Part shown: piece by piece, positions 9,604-19,707 of the stretch
How the letters are laid out: the number at the start of each line of letters is the position of its first letter
Position numbering within the stretch: the stretch's first letter is position 1
Source: Spirochaetia bacterium
GTDB lineage: Bacteria > Spirochaetota > Spirochaetia > SZUA-6 > Bin103
NCBI GenBank assembly: GCA_965203055.1
Contig: OZ241863.1
Coordinates: 3,328,001 to 3,392,000 of the forward strand
Direction of reading: 5' to 3'
DNA length: 64,000 bases
Program-made: the position numbers and the translations under genes
The notes under the pieces: generated by a model
Told to the model about the DNA's origin: nothing
Databases searched by the model: none
What the model saw: only the letters and a program-made list of their open reading frames with translations

Positions 9604-10383
9604 TTGCATCTGACCGACGCCGACACCGCGTTCTTTGCCGAGAACGGGTACTTGATCTACCGCCACCAGCTCTTTCCGGGGGAGAAGTTTCGCCGGCTGC
9701 AGCGCTTCTTCGACGGGATGCTGGCGCAGTTGCCGGAGGACGCGCGGCCGGAGGGAATGGACACTCCGCACTTCGGGCTCCCGGAGCTGTTCGAGTGGTT
9801 GCGCGCGGACGAGGTGCTCGACTTCGTGGAGCGGCTGATCGGCCCCGACATCGCGCTCTGGTCCAGCCATTTCCTGTGCAAGCTGCCGCGCAAGGGTTTG
9901 GCGGTGCCGTGGCACGAGGATTCCGCCTACTGGAACAGGACTCTGAGCGAGCACAAGGTAATCACCGTGTGGCTGGCGATCGACGACTCGCTGCCCGACA
10001 ACGGCTGCATGCGGGTAATTCCCGGCACCCACCACCATGGCTTCTCGGAGTATGAGGAGGTGGACGCCGCAAGGCACGTGTTCGGTACCCGCATCCGCCC
10101 CGATCAGATCGACGAGAGCAAGGCGGTGGACTTGGCGATTCGCGCCGGCGAGTGCCACGTCCACCACGCCAAGCTGATGCACGGCTCCAGCCCCAACACC
10201 AGCGGCCGCCGCCGCTGCGGCTATACCATGCGCTACATGCCCACTGACGTGAAGTTCGACCCGGCGCCGCAGCGCGGCCGGCACGCCATCTACCTAGTGC
10301 GCGGCCGCGACCTCGCCGGCAACGACTACGCCGATCCTGCGCGCGTGTTCGAGCCCGGCAAGCTGCGCTGGATGGGTGGCTAG
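9604..10383 (+). CDS. Phytanoyl-CoA dioxygenase (PhyH) family Fe(II)/2OG dioxygenase
   Basis: WHEDSAYW (HxD), TVWLAIDD, NGCMRVIPGTH, HGSSPNTS; TTG start. Confidence 0.9.
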   Translation: MHLTDADTAFFAENGYLIYRHQLFPGEKFRRLQRFFDGMLAQLPEDARPEGMDTPHFGLPELFEWLRADEVLDFVERLIGPDIALWSSHFLCKLPRKGLAVPWHEDSAYWNRTLSEHKVITVWLAIDDSLPDNGCMRVIPGTHHHGFSEYEEVDAARHVFGTRIRPDQIDESKAVDLAIRAGECHVHHAKLMHGSSPNTSGRRRCGYTMRYMPTDVKFDPAPQRGRHAIYLVRGRDLAGNDYADPARVFEPGKLRWMGG

Positions 10384-10530
10384 CGAGCCAAGGGTCTCCT
10401 GCAGGCGGCAGCTCAGTCTAGTTCGCTGCACGAACGAGTTCGGCAGGTGGACATATTGACCTGCCGGCCCGCGATTCGGCGACAAGCTCGCGACGACGTG
10501 CGGTACGGTTCATGCTATACTGACGGGACG

Positions 10531-10851
10531 ATGGAAACGCGCGGGTTACCGAGCAGGGACGGCGTTCTGCAGCGGGCCGGCAGATTGTTCTGGGATCGAC
10601 CGCTTGCCCCGGGCGATCTCGACGCGTATCCCCGCTGGGTGGTATCACGGGTGATCCACTACGGCGATCTGGACGATGTGCGCGGTCTCGCAACGGTGAT
10701 GGGGAAGCGGTTGTTTCTCACTACGATCTCGGGCCTCAGAGTGCAGTCCGCCAGGGTGGCAGCGCTCTGGGACGCCGTGCTGAAGCTGGAGGGCCTCCCT
10801 TGTACACGGCAGTGCTCCCGGCGGCCAGTGGCGAGTTACTGGCCGCCCTGA
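10531..10851 (+). CDS. Putative antitoxin (DUF6922-like) partner of AbiEii
   Basis: LFWD...WVVSRVIHYGDLDD motif; overlaps the downstream nucleotidyltransferase gene. Confidence 0.7.
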   Translation: METRGLPSRDGVLQRAGRLFWDRPLAPGDLDAYPRWVVSRVIHYGDLDDVRGLATVMGKRLFLTTISGLRVQSARVAALWDAVLKLEGLPCTRQCSRRPVASYWPP

Positions 10852-11429
10852 CCGCTCACGCCGGCGTCGAGTTGAACGGCTGGGTGTTGGCCGGAGGAAC
10901 CGGGCTGGCGCTGCAGCTTGGCCACAGGATTTCCGAGGACTTCGACTTTTTCCGCACGCAAGGTATGGAGACCCGTGCGCTGTTCGCGGCATTGGGCGAG
11001 GCGGCGCCCTGTACCACGCTGCATGCCGACGAGCGGACGCTGACGGTGCTCATGCTTGGCGTCAAGCTCTCTTTCTTTCAGCTAAGCGATCCGTTTCTGT
11101 TTCCGGCAGTGCCGTACGCGTTCTTCAGCGTCGCCGACCTGCGAGACATCGCCTTGATGAAGCTGCTGGCCGCGACCAATCGCGGCAGTCGCAGGGACTT
11201 CGTTGACCTTTACACGATCCTTCGGTCAGGCCCCTCCCTACACGACTACCTGCGGCTGCTGCCGCGAAAATATGGGCACGGCCGGTTGAACCCCTATCAG
11301 GTAGTGATGAGCCTGACCTACTTCGATGACGCGGAGGCGGAGCCGATGCCGCACATGCTGGTTCCCTTCGATTGGTCGGAATGTAAGGAGTTCTTTGTTC
11401 GGGAAGTCCGCAGCCTGGTGCTGCCGTGA
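10800..11429 (+). CDS. AbiEii/AbiGii-family nucleotidyltransferase toxin
   Basis: LAGGTGLALQLGHRISEDFDFF, DIALMKLLA, RGSRRDFVDLY. Confidence 0.88.
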   Translation: MYTAVLPAASGELLAALTAHAGVELNGWVLAGGTGLALQLGHRISEDFDFFRTQGMETRALFAALGEAAPCTTLHADERTLTVLMLGVKLSFFQLSDPFLFPAVPYAFFSVADLRDIALMKLLAATNRGSRRDFVDLYTILRSGPSLHDYLRLLPRKYGHGRLNPYQVVMSLTYFDDAEAEPMPHMLVPFDWSECKEFFVREVRSLVLP

Positions 11430-12325
11430 TTCTCAAGACGATTCGGCGCGAGCATCAGCTTTGGATTCTGGCGGCGCCGGCGGTCTGCTACTTCATCCTG
11501 TTCCACTACGTCCCGATGTACGGGGTGCAACTCGCGTTCAAGGACTTCGTGGCCACGCTCGGCATCACCGGCAGCCCCTGGGCGGGCCTGGTCCACTTCC
11601 GCAAGTTCTTCAACTCGTTCCTGTTCTGGCGCGTGATCGGCAACACGCTCGGCATCAGCCTGTATGAGCTGGCGGTCGGGTTCCCGGTGCCGATCATCTT
11701 CGCCCTGATGCTGAACGAGATGCGCGCCGCCGCCTACAAGCGAGTGGTGCAGACCGCGGTGTACGCCCCCCACTTCATCTCCATCGTGGTGCTCGCCGGC
11801 ATGCTCTACGCGCTGCTGTCGCCGGTCAGCGGCATGGTCAACCACCTGCTGGCGCTGCTCGGCGGCGAACCGGTCAACTTCCTGGCCGAGGCGCGCTGGT
11901 TCAAGACGATCTACGTGTTCTCCGGCGTGTGGCAGCACGCCGGCTGGGGCGCGATCATCTACCTGGCGGTGCTCGCCGGGATCGACCCCGCCCTGTACGA
12001 AGCGGCCCGCATCGACGGCGCCACCATTCGCCAGAAGATCGTCCACATCGACCTGCCGATGCTGATGCCGACGGCCGTGATCCTGCTGATCCTGAGCCTC
12101 GGCCAGATCATGAACGTGGGCTTTCAGAAGGCGTATCTGCTGCAGAATCTGCTCAACGCGGAAGCCTCGGAGATCATTGCCACCTACATCTACAAGGTGG
12201 GCCTGATCAAGGCGCAATACGACTACTCGACGGCGATCAATCTGTTCAACACCGTCATCAACATGGTCCTGCTGATCAGCGTCAACCAGATCGCCAAGGC
12301 GCTGCGGCAGAATACCCTCTGGTAG
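11426..12325 (+). CDS. Carbohydrate ABC transporter permease (LplB type)
   Basis: YVPMYGVQLAFKD, PHFISIVV, EAA loop LYEAARIDGA. Confidence 0.92.
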   Translation: MILKTIRREHQLWILAAPAVCYFILFHYVPMYGVQLAFKDFVATLGITGSPWAGLVHFRKFFNSFLFWRVIGNTLGISLYELAVGFPVPIIFALMLNEMRAAAYKRVVQTAVYAPHFISIVVLAGMLYALLSPVSGMVNHLLALLGGEPVNFLAEARWFKTIYVFSGVWQHAGWGAIIYLAVLAGIDPALYEAARIDGATIRQKIVHIDLPMLMPTAVILLILSLGQIMNVGFQKAYLLQNLLNAEASEIIATYIYKVGLIKAQYDYSTAINLFNTVINMVLLISVNQIAKALRQNTLW

Positions 12326-12341
12326 CGGGAGCGAAAGCGCG

Positions 12342-13232
12342 ATGCGGGCAGGCGCCATCCGGCCATCCGGCGCGGACCGGATCAACCTCGCCGTCATCAA
12401 CGGGTGCGTGGCGCTGGCGCTGCTGCTGGTTGCCTACCCGCTCTACTTCGTGTTGATCGCTTCGGTTTCCGACCCGGTCGCCATCTACGCCGGCAGAGTG
12501 TGGCTGTGGCCGCGCGGGCTGACCTTCGCCGGCTACGAGCGCATCTTCAACACCGGCGCCATCTGGCGCGGCTACGCCAACACCATCTTCTACGCGGTGT
12601 TCGGCACGCTGCTCAACATCGCCATGACGGTGACGGTCGCCTATCCGCTCTCGACCCGGCGCTTCTCCGGCCGCTACCTGCTGATGATCTTCCTGCTCGT
12701 CACCCTCTACTTCGAGGGCGGACTCATTCCCAAGTACCTGCTGGTGCGTTCGCTCGGCCTGCTCGACACGCGCGCGGTGATGGTGATCATGGGCGCGGCC
12801 ATGGTGTGGCACGTCATCGTTACGCGCACCTTCTTCCAGACCACCATTGCGGACGAGCTGTACGAGGCGGCGGCGATCGACGGTTGCAACCACATCCCCT
12901 TCTTCGTGCGCATCGTGCTGCCGCTTTCGAGCCCGGTCATCGCGGTGCTGGCAATCTACTACGGCGTGGAGCACTGGAACGATTACTTCAAGGCGCTGAT
13001 CTTCCTCGAAAGCCCGGAAAAGCATCCGCTGCAGATCGTGCTGCGCTCGATCCTGATCCTCGACGATCCGCAGACGGTGGCCGACATCGCCGACCTGCAG
13101 GAGCGGCAGCGGGCCGCCGAGTTGATCAAGTACGGCAGCATCGTGGTGGCCAGTCTGCCGCTGCTGATCGTATATCCGTTCCTGCAGAGGTACTTCGTGC
13201 AGGGGATCATGATCGGTTCGCTCAAGGGCTGA
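12342..13232 (+). CDS. Carbohydrate ABC transporter permease (LplC type)
   Basis: GGLIPKY, LYEAAAIDG, YPFLQRYFVQGIMIGSLKG. Confidence 0.92.
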   Translation: MRAGAIRPSGADRINLAVINGCVALALLLVAYPLYFVLIASVSDPVAIYAGRVWLWPRGLTFAGYERIFNTGAIWRGYANTIFYAVFGTLLNIAMTVTVAYPLSTRRFSGRYLLMIFLLVTLYFEGGLIPKYLLVRSLGLLDTRAVMVIMGAAMVWHVIVTRTFFQTTIADELYEAAAIDGCNHIPFFVRIVLPLSSPVIAVLAIYYGVEHWNDYFKALIFLESPEKHPLQIVLRSILILDDPQTVADIADLQERQRAAELIKYGSIVVASLPLLIVYPFLQRYFVQGIMIGSLKG

Positions 13233-13269
13233 CCGGGCGCCGGAAGGAGGCCCCGAAGGAGGCAGCGGT

Positions 13270-15339
13270 ATGGTGCAGTGGGGAGTGATTGGAGCGGGCA
13301 CCATCGCCCGCGTGTTCTGCAACGGCATGCGGTTCTCGAAGAGCGGCCGGATTGCGGCGCTGGCGAGCCGCAGCCGGGAGCGGGCGGCCGCCCTGGCCGA
13401 CCCGTTTGCGATTCCCAAGCGGTTCGACGACTACGAGGCGTTGCTCGCCGACCCCGAAGTCGACGCGGTCTACGTCAGCACCATTCACCCGGCGCACGCG
13501 GAGTGGGCGATCAAGGCGGCGGAGGCGGGCAAGCACCTGCTGGTGGAGAAGCCGCTCGGCATGAACCACCTGGAGGCGGCGGCGATGATCGACGCCGCGG
13601 CGGCCCACGACGTGTTCCTGATGGAGGCGTTCATGTACCGCTGCCACCCGCAGACCCGGCGGCTGGCAGCGCTGGTGCGCGCCGGCGCCGTCGGGGAAGT
13701 GCGCATGGTGCGGGCGGTGTTCAGCTCCCAGGGGCGCTACGCGCCCGAGTCGCGCAGCTTCGGCAACGCGCTTGGCGGCGGCGGCATCCTGGACATCGGC
13801 TGCTACGCCGCCTCGGCGGCGCGGCTGATCGCCGGGGCGGCCGCCGGCGAGCCGTTCCGGGAGCCGCACCTGGTGAAGGGGTGCGCGCAGTTGGGACCCA
13901 CCGGGGTGGACCACTACGCCGCCGCCACGCTGCAGTTCGACGGCGGCGTCATCGCCGAGCTGATCGCCGGGGTAGACTGCCGGGTGCCGAGCCAGTTGGC
14001 GGTGTACGGCAGCGACGGGATCCTGGAAGTGCCGGAGCCGTGGACGCCCGGCTCGCCGTGCCGCCGCGCGGCCGCGCCGCTGCCGCTCGACACCGCGTTT
14101 CCGCCGGGCCGGCTCCTCCTCACGCGCCCCGGCGCGTCCGCCCCCGAGACGATCACCGTCGAGGTCGACCGCGACCTGTTCACCTACGAGGCCGACACCG
14201 TGGCCGAGCATCTCGCGGCGCGGCAGGCGCCGGCGATGAGCTGGCAGGACAGCCTCGGCAACATGAAGCTGCTCGACCGCTGGCGCGAGGAGGCGGGGCT
14301 GGTCTACGAGCAGGAGCGGCGCTTCCACGCCGGCACGCTCGCCAACCGCCCGCTGCGCCGGCGCGCCGCCCGCGCCGCCCGCGCCGCGCCGGCGATGCAA
14401 TACGGCGCCATCCCGGGGCTGGACCAGCCGGTCGCCCGCCTGGTGCAGGGCGCCGACCGCAACGTCACCATCCCCTACACCGAGGTGCTGTTCGACCAGT
14501 ACTTCGAGCTGGGCGGCAACTGCTTCGACACCTCGCACGCCTACCGCGGCGGCGCCTGCGAGCGCAACCTGGGCGCCTGGATCCGCAGCCGCGGGGTGCG
14601 CGACCGGGTGGTGGTGTTCGAGAAGGGCGGCAATCCTCCGCACGGCACCCCGGAGGGCATTACCCGCGAGCTGCTGGCGGGCCTGGACGGCCTCGGCCTG
14701 GACCGCGTCGACGTGTGGCTGATGCACCGCGACAACCCTGAGGTGCCGGTCGGCGAACTCGTCGACGTGCTGAACGAGCATTGCGCGGCCGGGCGCATGA
14801 CCCTGTTCGGCGTCTCCAACTGGTCGCTGCCGCGGCTGCGGGAGGCCAGGGAGTACGCCGACCGCGCCGGGCGCAGCTACTTCTCCGTGGTCAGCAACCA
14901 GTTCAGCCTGGCGCGCATTCTCGATGCGTGGTGGACCATCGACGGCAGCTTTCCCTACTGGCAGAGCGCTTCCGATCCGGAGTTTCGGCGCTGGTTCGAG
15001 ACCACGCAGACGGTGCTGGTACCCTGGTCGAGCCAGGCCTCCGGGTTCTTCATCGAGCAGGAGGCGCAGCAGCCGCGCGACCGCGACCTGCCGCGCTGCT
15101 ACCACAGTCCGGACAACTTCACGCGCCGCGAGCGCGCGTTCGAGCTGGCGCGCCGGCGCGGCGTGAGCCCGATGAACATCGCCCTGGCCTGGGTGCTGCA
15201 GCAGCCGTTCCCGGTGTTTCCGATCATCGGGACGCGGCTGCCCGTCGAGACCCGCGACTGCCTGCGCGCCCTGGAGGTAACGCTGACGGCTGACGAGCTG
15301 CGCTGGCTGGACCTCGAGGAGCAGGAGGAGATTCGCTGA
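13270..15339 (+). CDS. Gfo/Idh/MocA oxidoreductase fused to aldo/keto reductase
   Basis: N-terminal GAGTIA, HLLVEKP, GGGILDIGCY; C-terminal FDTSHAY, DVWLMHRD, FGVSNW, IALAWVL. Confidence 0.88.
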   Translation: MVQWGVIGAGTIARVFCNGMRFSKSGRIAALASRSRERAAALADPFAIPKRFDDYEALLADPEVDAVYVSTIHPAHAEWAIKAAEAGKHLLVEKPLGMNHLEAAAMIDAAAAHDVFLMEAFMYRCHPQTRRLAALVRAGAVGEVRMVRAVFSSQGRYAPESRSFGNALGGGGILDIGCYAASAARLIAGAAAGEPFREPHLVKGCAQLGPTGVDHYAAATLQFDGGVIAELIAGVDCRVPSQLAVYGSDGILEVPEPWTPGSPCRRAAAPLPLDTAFPPGRLLLTRPGASAPETITVEVDRDLFTYEADTVAEHLAARQAPAMSWQDSLGNMKLLDRWREEAGLVYEQERRFHAGTLANRPLRRRAARAARAAPAMQYGAIPGLDQPVARLVQGADRNVTIPYTEVLFDQYFELGGNCFDTSHAYRGGACERNLGAWIRSRGVRDRVVVFEKGGNPPHGTPEGITRELLAGLDGLGLDRVDVWLMHRDNPEVPVGELVDVLNEHCAAGRMTLFGVSNWSLPRLREAREYADRAGRSYFSVVSNQFSLARILDAWWTIDGSFPYWQSASDPEFRRWFETTQTVLVPWSSQASGFFIEQEAQQPRDRDLPRCYHSPDNFTRRERAFELARRRGVSPMNIALAWVLQQPFPVFPIIGTRLPVETRDCLRALEVTLTADELRWLDLEEQEEIR

Positions 15340-15354
15340 GCGCTGCCGGTGAGG

Positions 15355-16311
15355 CTACCGGCGATCCGGCAGCCGGCGCAGGAAGTCCGCTTCGTCGCGG
15401 CACTCCAGCGCGGCTTGCATCAGTGCCGCGGTAGAGTGGTCCTCCAGCTCCGCCAAGCGCCGGGGCAGCGCCGCCGACACCGGCAGACCGCGCGAGCTGA
15501 ACACCTGCAGCACCGCCTCGCGCTGCGTTTCAAGCCGGCCCGCGGCGCGGCCCGCCTGGCGCTCGGCGCGCAGGAACGGATCGTCATCCGGCCCCGTGCC
15601 GGCCGCGGCGCCGAGAGCCCCGGCCACGCGGCGCAACGCCGCCGCGGTCGCCTCCGACAACTCCGGCTCGTTCAATGCCAGGTGAATCTCCGCCGCGGTC
15701 CAGCCGGGAAATGCCCGGCTGCTCGGCGCCGAACGGAAGCCGTGCTCCTCCAGCAGGTGAATCGTCAAGCCGGGCCGCAGTCCCGCGGGGCGGCTCGGCG
15801 ACGACGTGTCGGGCACCTCGACCCACACTTCCGGAAAGCCCCACGACTCGTACAGCGCGAGCTTGCCGCGGCGCACGTCGGTGGTGTTGTCCACCTCCAG
15901 CACGACGTCGGGAAGCGTGTCGCTGCCCACCTCGATGGCCGGGCCCCAGGGCCGCGTCGCGCGCGGGCGCAGGTACACCGTCTGATCGGCCTGCATGATT
16001 CGCAAGCGGGCGCCGCGCGCATCGCGCACCAGGAGATCGGATGCTCCGAAGGTCTCGATGGGCGAGCCCCGGACGTGGGAGATCGTCTTGAGCAACCCCG
16101 CCAGGCGCTGCGGCGGATGTTCGTGGTAGATGCTGACCGGCTCGCACACCATGGCGACTTCGGTATGGGCATCCCAATACTCAATGCGCCCTTCGTAGTC
16201 GGTGATCGCTTCCCGCGAGATACGCACCGGCCGGCAGCCCGGGAACTGCAGCGACTCCGGCTCGCCGTACGGTTCCGGCTGCTGGAGCGCGCCGGCGTCA
16301 TATTTGACCAT
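15355..16311 (-). CDS. Uma2-family PD-(D/E)XK endonuclease with C-terminal extension
   Basis: HEHP, QADQTVY, PDVVLEVD, KLALYESWGFPEVW. Confidence 0.8.
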   Translation of the reverse strand: MVKYDAGALQQPEPYGEPESLQFPGCRPVRISREAITDYEGRIEYWDAHTEVAMVCEPVSIYHEHPPQRLAGLLKTISHVRGSPIETFGASDLLVRDARGARLRIMQADQTVYLRPRATRPWGPAIEVGSDTLPDVVLEVDNTTDVRRGKLALYESWGFPEVWVEVPDTSSPSRPAGLRPGLTIHLLEEHGFRSAPSSRAFPGWTAAEIHLALNEPELSEATAAALRRVAGALGAAAGTGPDDDPFLRAERQAGRAAGRLETQREAVLQVFSSRGLPVSAALPRRLAELEDHSTAALMQAALECRDEADFLRRLPDRR

Positions 16312-16416
16312 GACCCGATGCTAACACGCGGCGGCAGGATGCGGCAGGGCGGGCGGGCGGCTGCCAGGCGGGCTGCTTGACCACACCCGGAGGGGTAGGG
16401 TTTGCTCGTTGCCACG

Positions 16417-17247
16417 ATGCCGGAGGCAGTGACGGACGACCGGGTACGGCGCTTCTTTCCCCTCGGCGCGCCGCACCCGCGGGTGCTGAGCCGCGCGCAG
16501 GTCAGGCAGTTCAACGAGCGGGGCTACCTGTTTCCGTTGGAGGTGTTCGACGCGCGGGAGGTGACCGCGCTCCGCGCCTACTGCGACGATCTGTTCGCCA
16601 AGGCGCTGGCGGCCGGGTTCGGCAGCTACGCCATCAACGGCTGGCACTGTCATTGCGCCGGTCTCTACGACCTGTGCACCGAGCCGCGCGTACTGGATCT
16701 GGTGCAGGACCTGCTCGGCGAAGACCTGATCCTGTGGGGCACCCACTTCTTCCTCAAGCAGCCCGGCGACCGCAAGCAGGTGAGTTGGCACCAGGATGCC
16801 TCCTACTGGCCGCTGTCGCCGAGCAAGACCGTCACGGTATGGCTGGCGATCGACGACTCCGACGCCGGCAACGGGGCCATGCGCGTCATTCCGCGCTCAC
16901 ACGTCAACGCCCAGCTCGCCTATCAGCGCAGTACCGCGGAGGAGAACAACGTACTCTCGCAGACCACGCTGCAGGCCGAGGCGCAGGGCGATCCGCCGGT
17001 CGTGCTCGCCCTGCGCGCGGGGCAGGTGTCGCTGCATACCGACTGGCTGGTGCACGGCTCCGAACCGAATCGCTCCGCGCGCCGCCGCTGCGGATTGACC
17101 CTGCGCTTTACGTCGGCCGACGTGCGCGCCCTGAAACCCGATTGGGCGCGGCGCAGCGTGATCTGCCGCGGCCGCGACCGCAGCGGCCATTGGGCGCACC
17201 ACCCGCGCCCGGCGGGCGAACAGATTCCCTCACCCAAGGCACGTTGA
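16417..17247 (+). CDS. Phytanoyl-CoA dioxygenase (PhyH) family protein
   Basis: WHQDASYW, TVWLAIDD, HGSEPNRS. Confidence 0.9.
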   Translation: MPEAVTDDRVRRFFPLGAPHPRVLSRAQVRQFNERGYLFPLEVFDAREVTALRAYCDDLFAKALAAGFGSYAINGWHCHCAGLYDLCTEPRVLDLVQDLLGEDLILWGTHFFLKQPGDRKQVSWHQDASYWPLSPSKTVTVWLAIDDSDAGNGAMRVIPRSHVNAQLAYQRSTAEENNVLSQTTLQAEAQGDPPVVLALRAGQVSLHTDWLVHGSEPNRSARRRCGLTLRFTSADVRALKPDWARRSVICRGRDRSGHWAHHPRPAGEQIPSPKAR

Positions 17248-17277
17248 AGCCCCGAAAGGCCGATCAGCCTGCCTTGT

Positions 17278-17706
17278 TCAGCAAGAAAGATCGTCGCGGC
17301 AGTCGTGGTCCAACAGAACGAACCGCGGGGCGGCGGTACCTATCCGCCTCGAAAGGACCCGAATTCTTGACGGCCTGTTGAGCGTCTCGTTTATTGGCGA
17401 CACGTCGATGGATCGATCGATCCGTCCGGAAATCACCTTATCGGTGTGATCTTCCAGGAACTCGAAGACCCTCTGCGAAGGAAGCGCTCCGAGAAAGCGC
17501 CCATCAATTATTCGTTCTTCTTCATGAATGTTCTCCTGGAACGATTCCTTCGGATGATCGGGCAGTGAAGCAAGTTCTTCCTCCACCTGACTCATACGAT
17601 ATTCAAGGCTGGTACGTTCGAGTATACTTTCCGCCGGTAGCCCATTGATCAGGTCTTCCAGTGTGTTCAATTCCGCCCGTAGCAATCGATATTCCGGCAG
17701 GTTCAA
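17278..17706 (-). CDS. Hypothetical accessory protein, probably internally deleted
   Basis: Lower-GC ORF from TTG 17706: helical N-part (LERTSLEYRMSQVEEEL) joined directly to a beta-rich C-part (GRFLGALP..RVFEF..PRFVLL). Confidence 0.5.
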   Translation of the reverse strand: MNLPEYRLLRAELNTLEDLINGLPAESILERTSLEYRMSQVEEELASLPDHPKESFQENIHEEERIIDGRFLGALPSQRVFEFLEDHTDKVISGRIDRSIDVSPINETLNRPSRIRVLSRRIGTAAPRFVLLDHDCRDDLSC

Positions 17707-17780
17707 TTTGGTCTTGTCACGCTGTGACTCTGGCTGTCGCCTTGGCCATGACTCCGGCGGCACTCCGTTTCCTGTTGCCC

Positions 17781-18635
17781 TTACGACCCGTCGGCGGTTT
17801 GGTAGGCGGCGGAATAGCGGAACTCCAACCACAGGCCGCCGCCGGGCTCGATCTTCCACTCCGGCCGCGGGTTGCCGGCCGCCTCGCACGCGCTGGCGAT
17901 GCGCCCGATGCCCCGGCCCCGCGCCTCGATCATCCCGGCCCGAAGGAACGCATAGGCGATTCCCGGATTGTACGGTCTCGATGCGTGCTCATGGGACAGG
18001 CGCTCGACCGTCCAGTCAGCCGGCAGGTGTCCGGGATTCCACAATATGATCCGGTCGTCGTACACGCGAATCTGAATCGGCACGGGATCGGCGTAGTCGC
18101 GATGGATCACGGCATTGATCACCGCCTCGCGCATCGCTTGGCGCGGCACGGGAAAGGTCTCCACGCGGTACACGCCGTCGTAGGAGACCAGCCCCCGCGA
18201 ATACTTGGAGTAGAGCAGGTCCATCGTACGGTCGACCTGCGTAAACAGATCACCTTCGATCACGTCCTGAAACAGCAGCTCGGCGCCGCGAAAGCATCCG
18301 ATCTTCACGTACGCATCCCGTACCAGGATTCCCGGTTCCGGGTGGAAGAGCAGCACGGCGGCCCGTTTCAGGTACTCTCCCTCCCGCAGGCGGAGCTTTT
18401 CGATCACGCCGGAGTCGGACTCGTCGAGAATGTCCCCGGCCAAGCGCCCGCTGGCGGCGGCGCGGCGGCGGAACTCGTCCAACGTGCGCCCGTCCAGGTC
18501 GCTGACGCCGACGCCGGGCAGCGGTACGTCGTCCCACGTGCGTCCGTACTTCTGACTCTCTCTCGCCACGCCTCCCACCTTCCTTTTACGGAGGTATCTT
18601 AGCCCAATATCTGGTTCGACGGGCGAGCAGGCCAA
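17781..18635 (-). pseudogene. Truncated AlbA_2/HATPase_c_4 ATP-binding protein (N-terminal AlbA and C-terminal HTH missing)
   Basis: GRTWDDVP, AMREAVINAVIHRDY, RPYNPGIA, IEARGRGI; no credible start and an early stop. Confidence 0.7.
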
Positions 18636-18761
18636 TGCTGCCCGACACTGCCAAGCGCCATGCTCTAGCCTAGCGCGTCATGGTTGCAACTCGGACAGCG
18701 CTCGGCCGCCCTCCTCGGGGAGATACTCGACATCGCCGCGCGGCGTGGCTAAGGTGGCGGC

Positions 18762-19688
18762 ATGAACCCTTGTCGTACCCTGTCGGGCCTTGCCGTGCTG
18801 CTGGTTGCGCTGGCCGCGCCCGTGTTCGCGCAGACGCCGTGTGACGCTTCCGGCGAGCCGCTGGATGCGATCCGGACCCGCCACCAGCTCAAGCGCTTCG
18901 TGCAGTGCGCGCTCGGCCACGTGGAGGCGGTAGGCTGGAGCCGGGCGGCGCAGGACTTTCAGACCGGCGGCGACTGGCTGGACGGCTCCATGTACCTGTT
19001 CGCGGGCGACGTCGAAGGAGTCGTCCATTTCGTTGCCGGGTCGGACTTCGCGCCGGGAACCGATCTCTCGGATCAGCAGGACTCCAACGGTCACTACTTC
19101 GTGCGCGACATCATGCGGGTGGCGGGTGACTACGGCGAGGGCTACGTATACTACCGCAACCTCAACCGCAACTCCGGGGAGGAGGAACCGAAGGTATCCT
19201 ACGTGATGGCGCTGGAAGTGGACGGCGAGCAGCTCTACCTCGGCGCCGGCACCTATCCGCTGGACGCGCCCGGCGCGTGCCCGGCGGACCGGGTGCGCGC
19301 GGAGTTGGCCGCCGGTGAGCGCGGGGTGGAGCAGTTCGTGCACTGCGCCGCCGAGCACCTGCGGCGGGCGGGCCTGGTCGCCGTGGCCGAGTTCGAGACC
19401 GACCCGCGCTGGCTCTCCGGCTCCACCTACCTGTTCCTGCTCGACCTGGAAACGCTGGTCACGGTCTCCAACGCCGGGGACCCCGGCCTGCGCGGCAAGT
19501 ACCGCGGCGACGCCGCGCACGTGCGGGAGATGCAGCGCATCCTGCGCGACTACGGAGAAGGGTACGTGTACTACGACCGGCGCAATCCCTCCTCCGGCGC
19601 CGTGGAACCCAAGGCATCGTTCGTCCGGCGGGTGTCCATCGACGGCCACGACTACATCCTCGGCGCCGGCCTCTACCGGGGACACTGA
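18762..19688 (+). CDS. Secreted stand-alone tandem Cache-domain protein
   Basis: Signal peptide; two internal repeats (FVxCA...W..GS.YLF...GEGYVYY..N..SG..EPK.S.V...GAG.Y). Confidence 0.75.
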   Translation: MNPCRTLSGLAVLLVALAAPVFAQTPCDASGEPLDAIRTRHQLKRFVQCALGHVEAVGWSRAAQDFQTGGDWLDGSMYLFAGDVEGVVHFVAGSDFAPGTDLSDQQDSNGHYFVRDIMRVAGDYGEGYVYYRNLNRNSGEEEPKVSYVMALEVDGEQLYLGAGTYPLDAPGACPADRVRAELAAGERGVEQFVHCAAEHLRRAGLVAVAEFETDPRWLSGSTYLFLLDLETLVTVSNAGDPGLRGKYRGDAAHVREMQRILRDYGEGYVYYDRRNPSSGAVEPKASFVRRVSIDGHDYILGAGLYRGH

Positions 19689-19707
19689 ACCCGCAGACCT
19701 AAGCGGC

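Noticed and set aside
7876..10284. 802-aa minus-strand ORF, and similar long antisense ORFs (e.g. 13222-15105, 43896-45818, 49778-51940)
   Set aside because: Shadow frames of well-supported opposite-strand genes in high-GC DNA; no recognisable motifs
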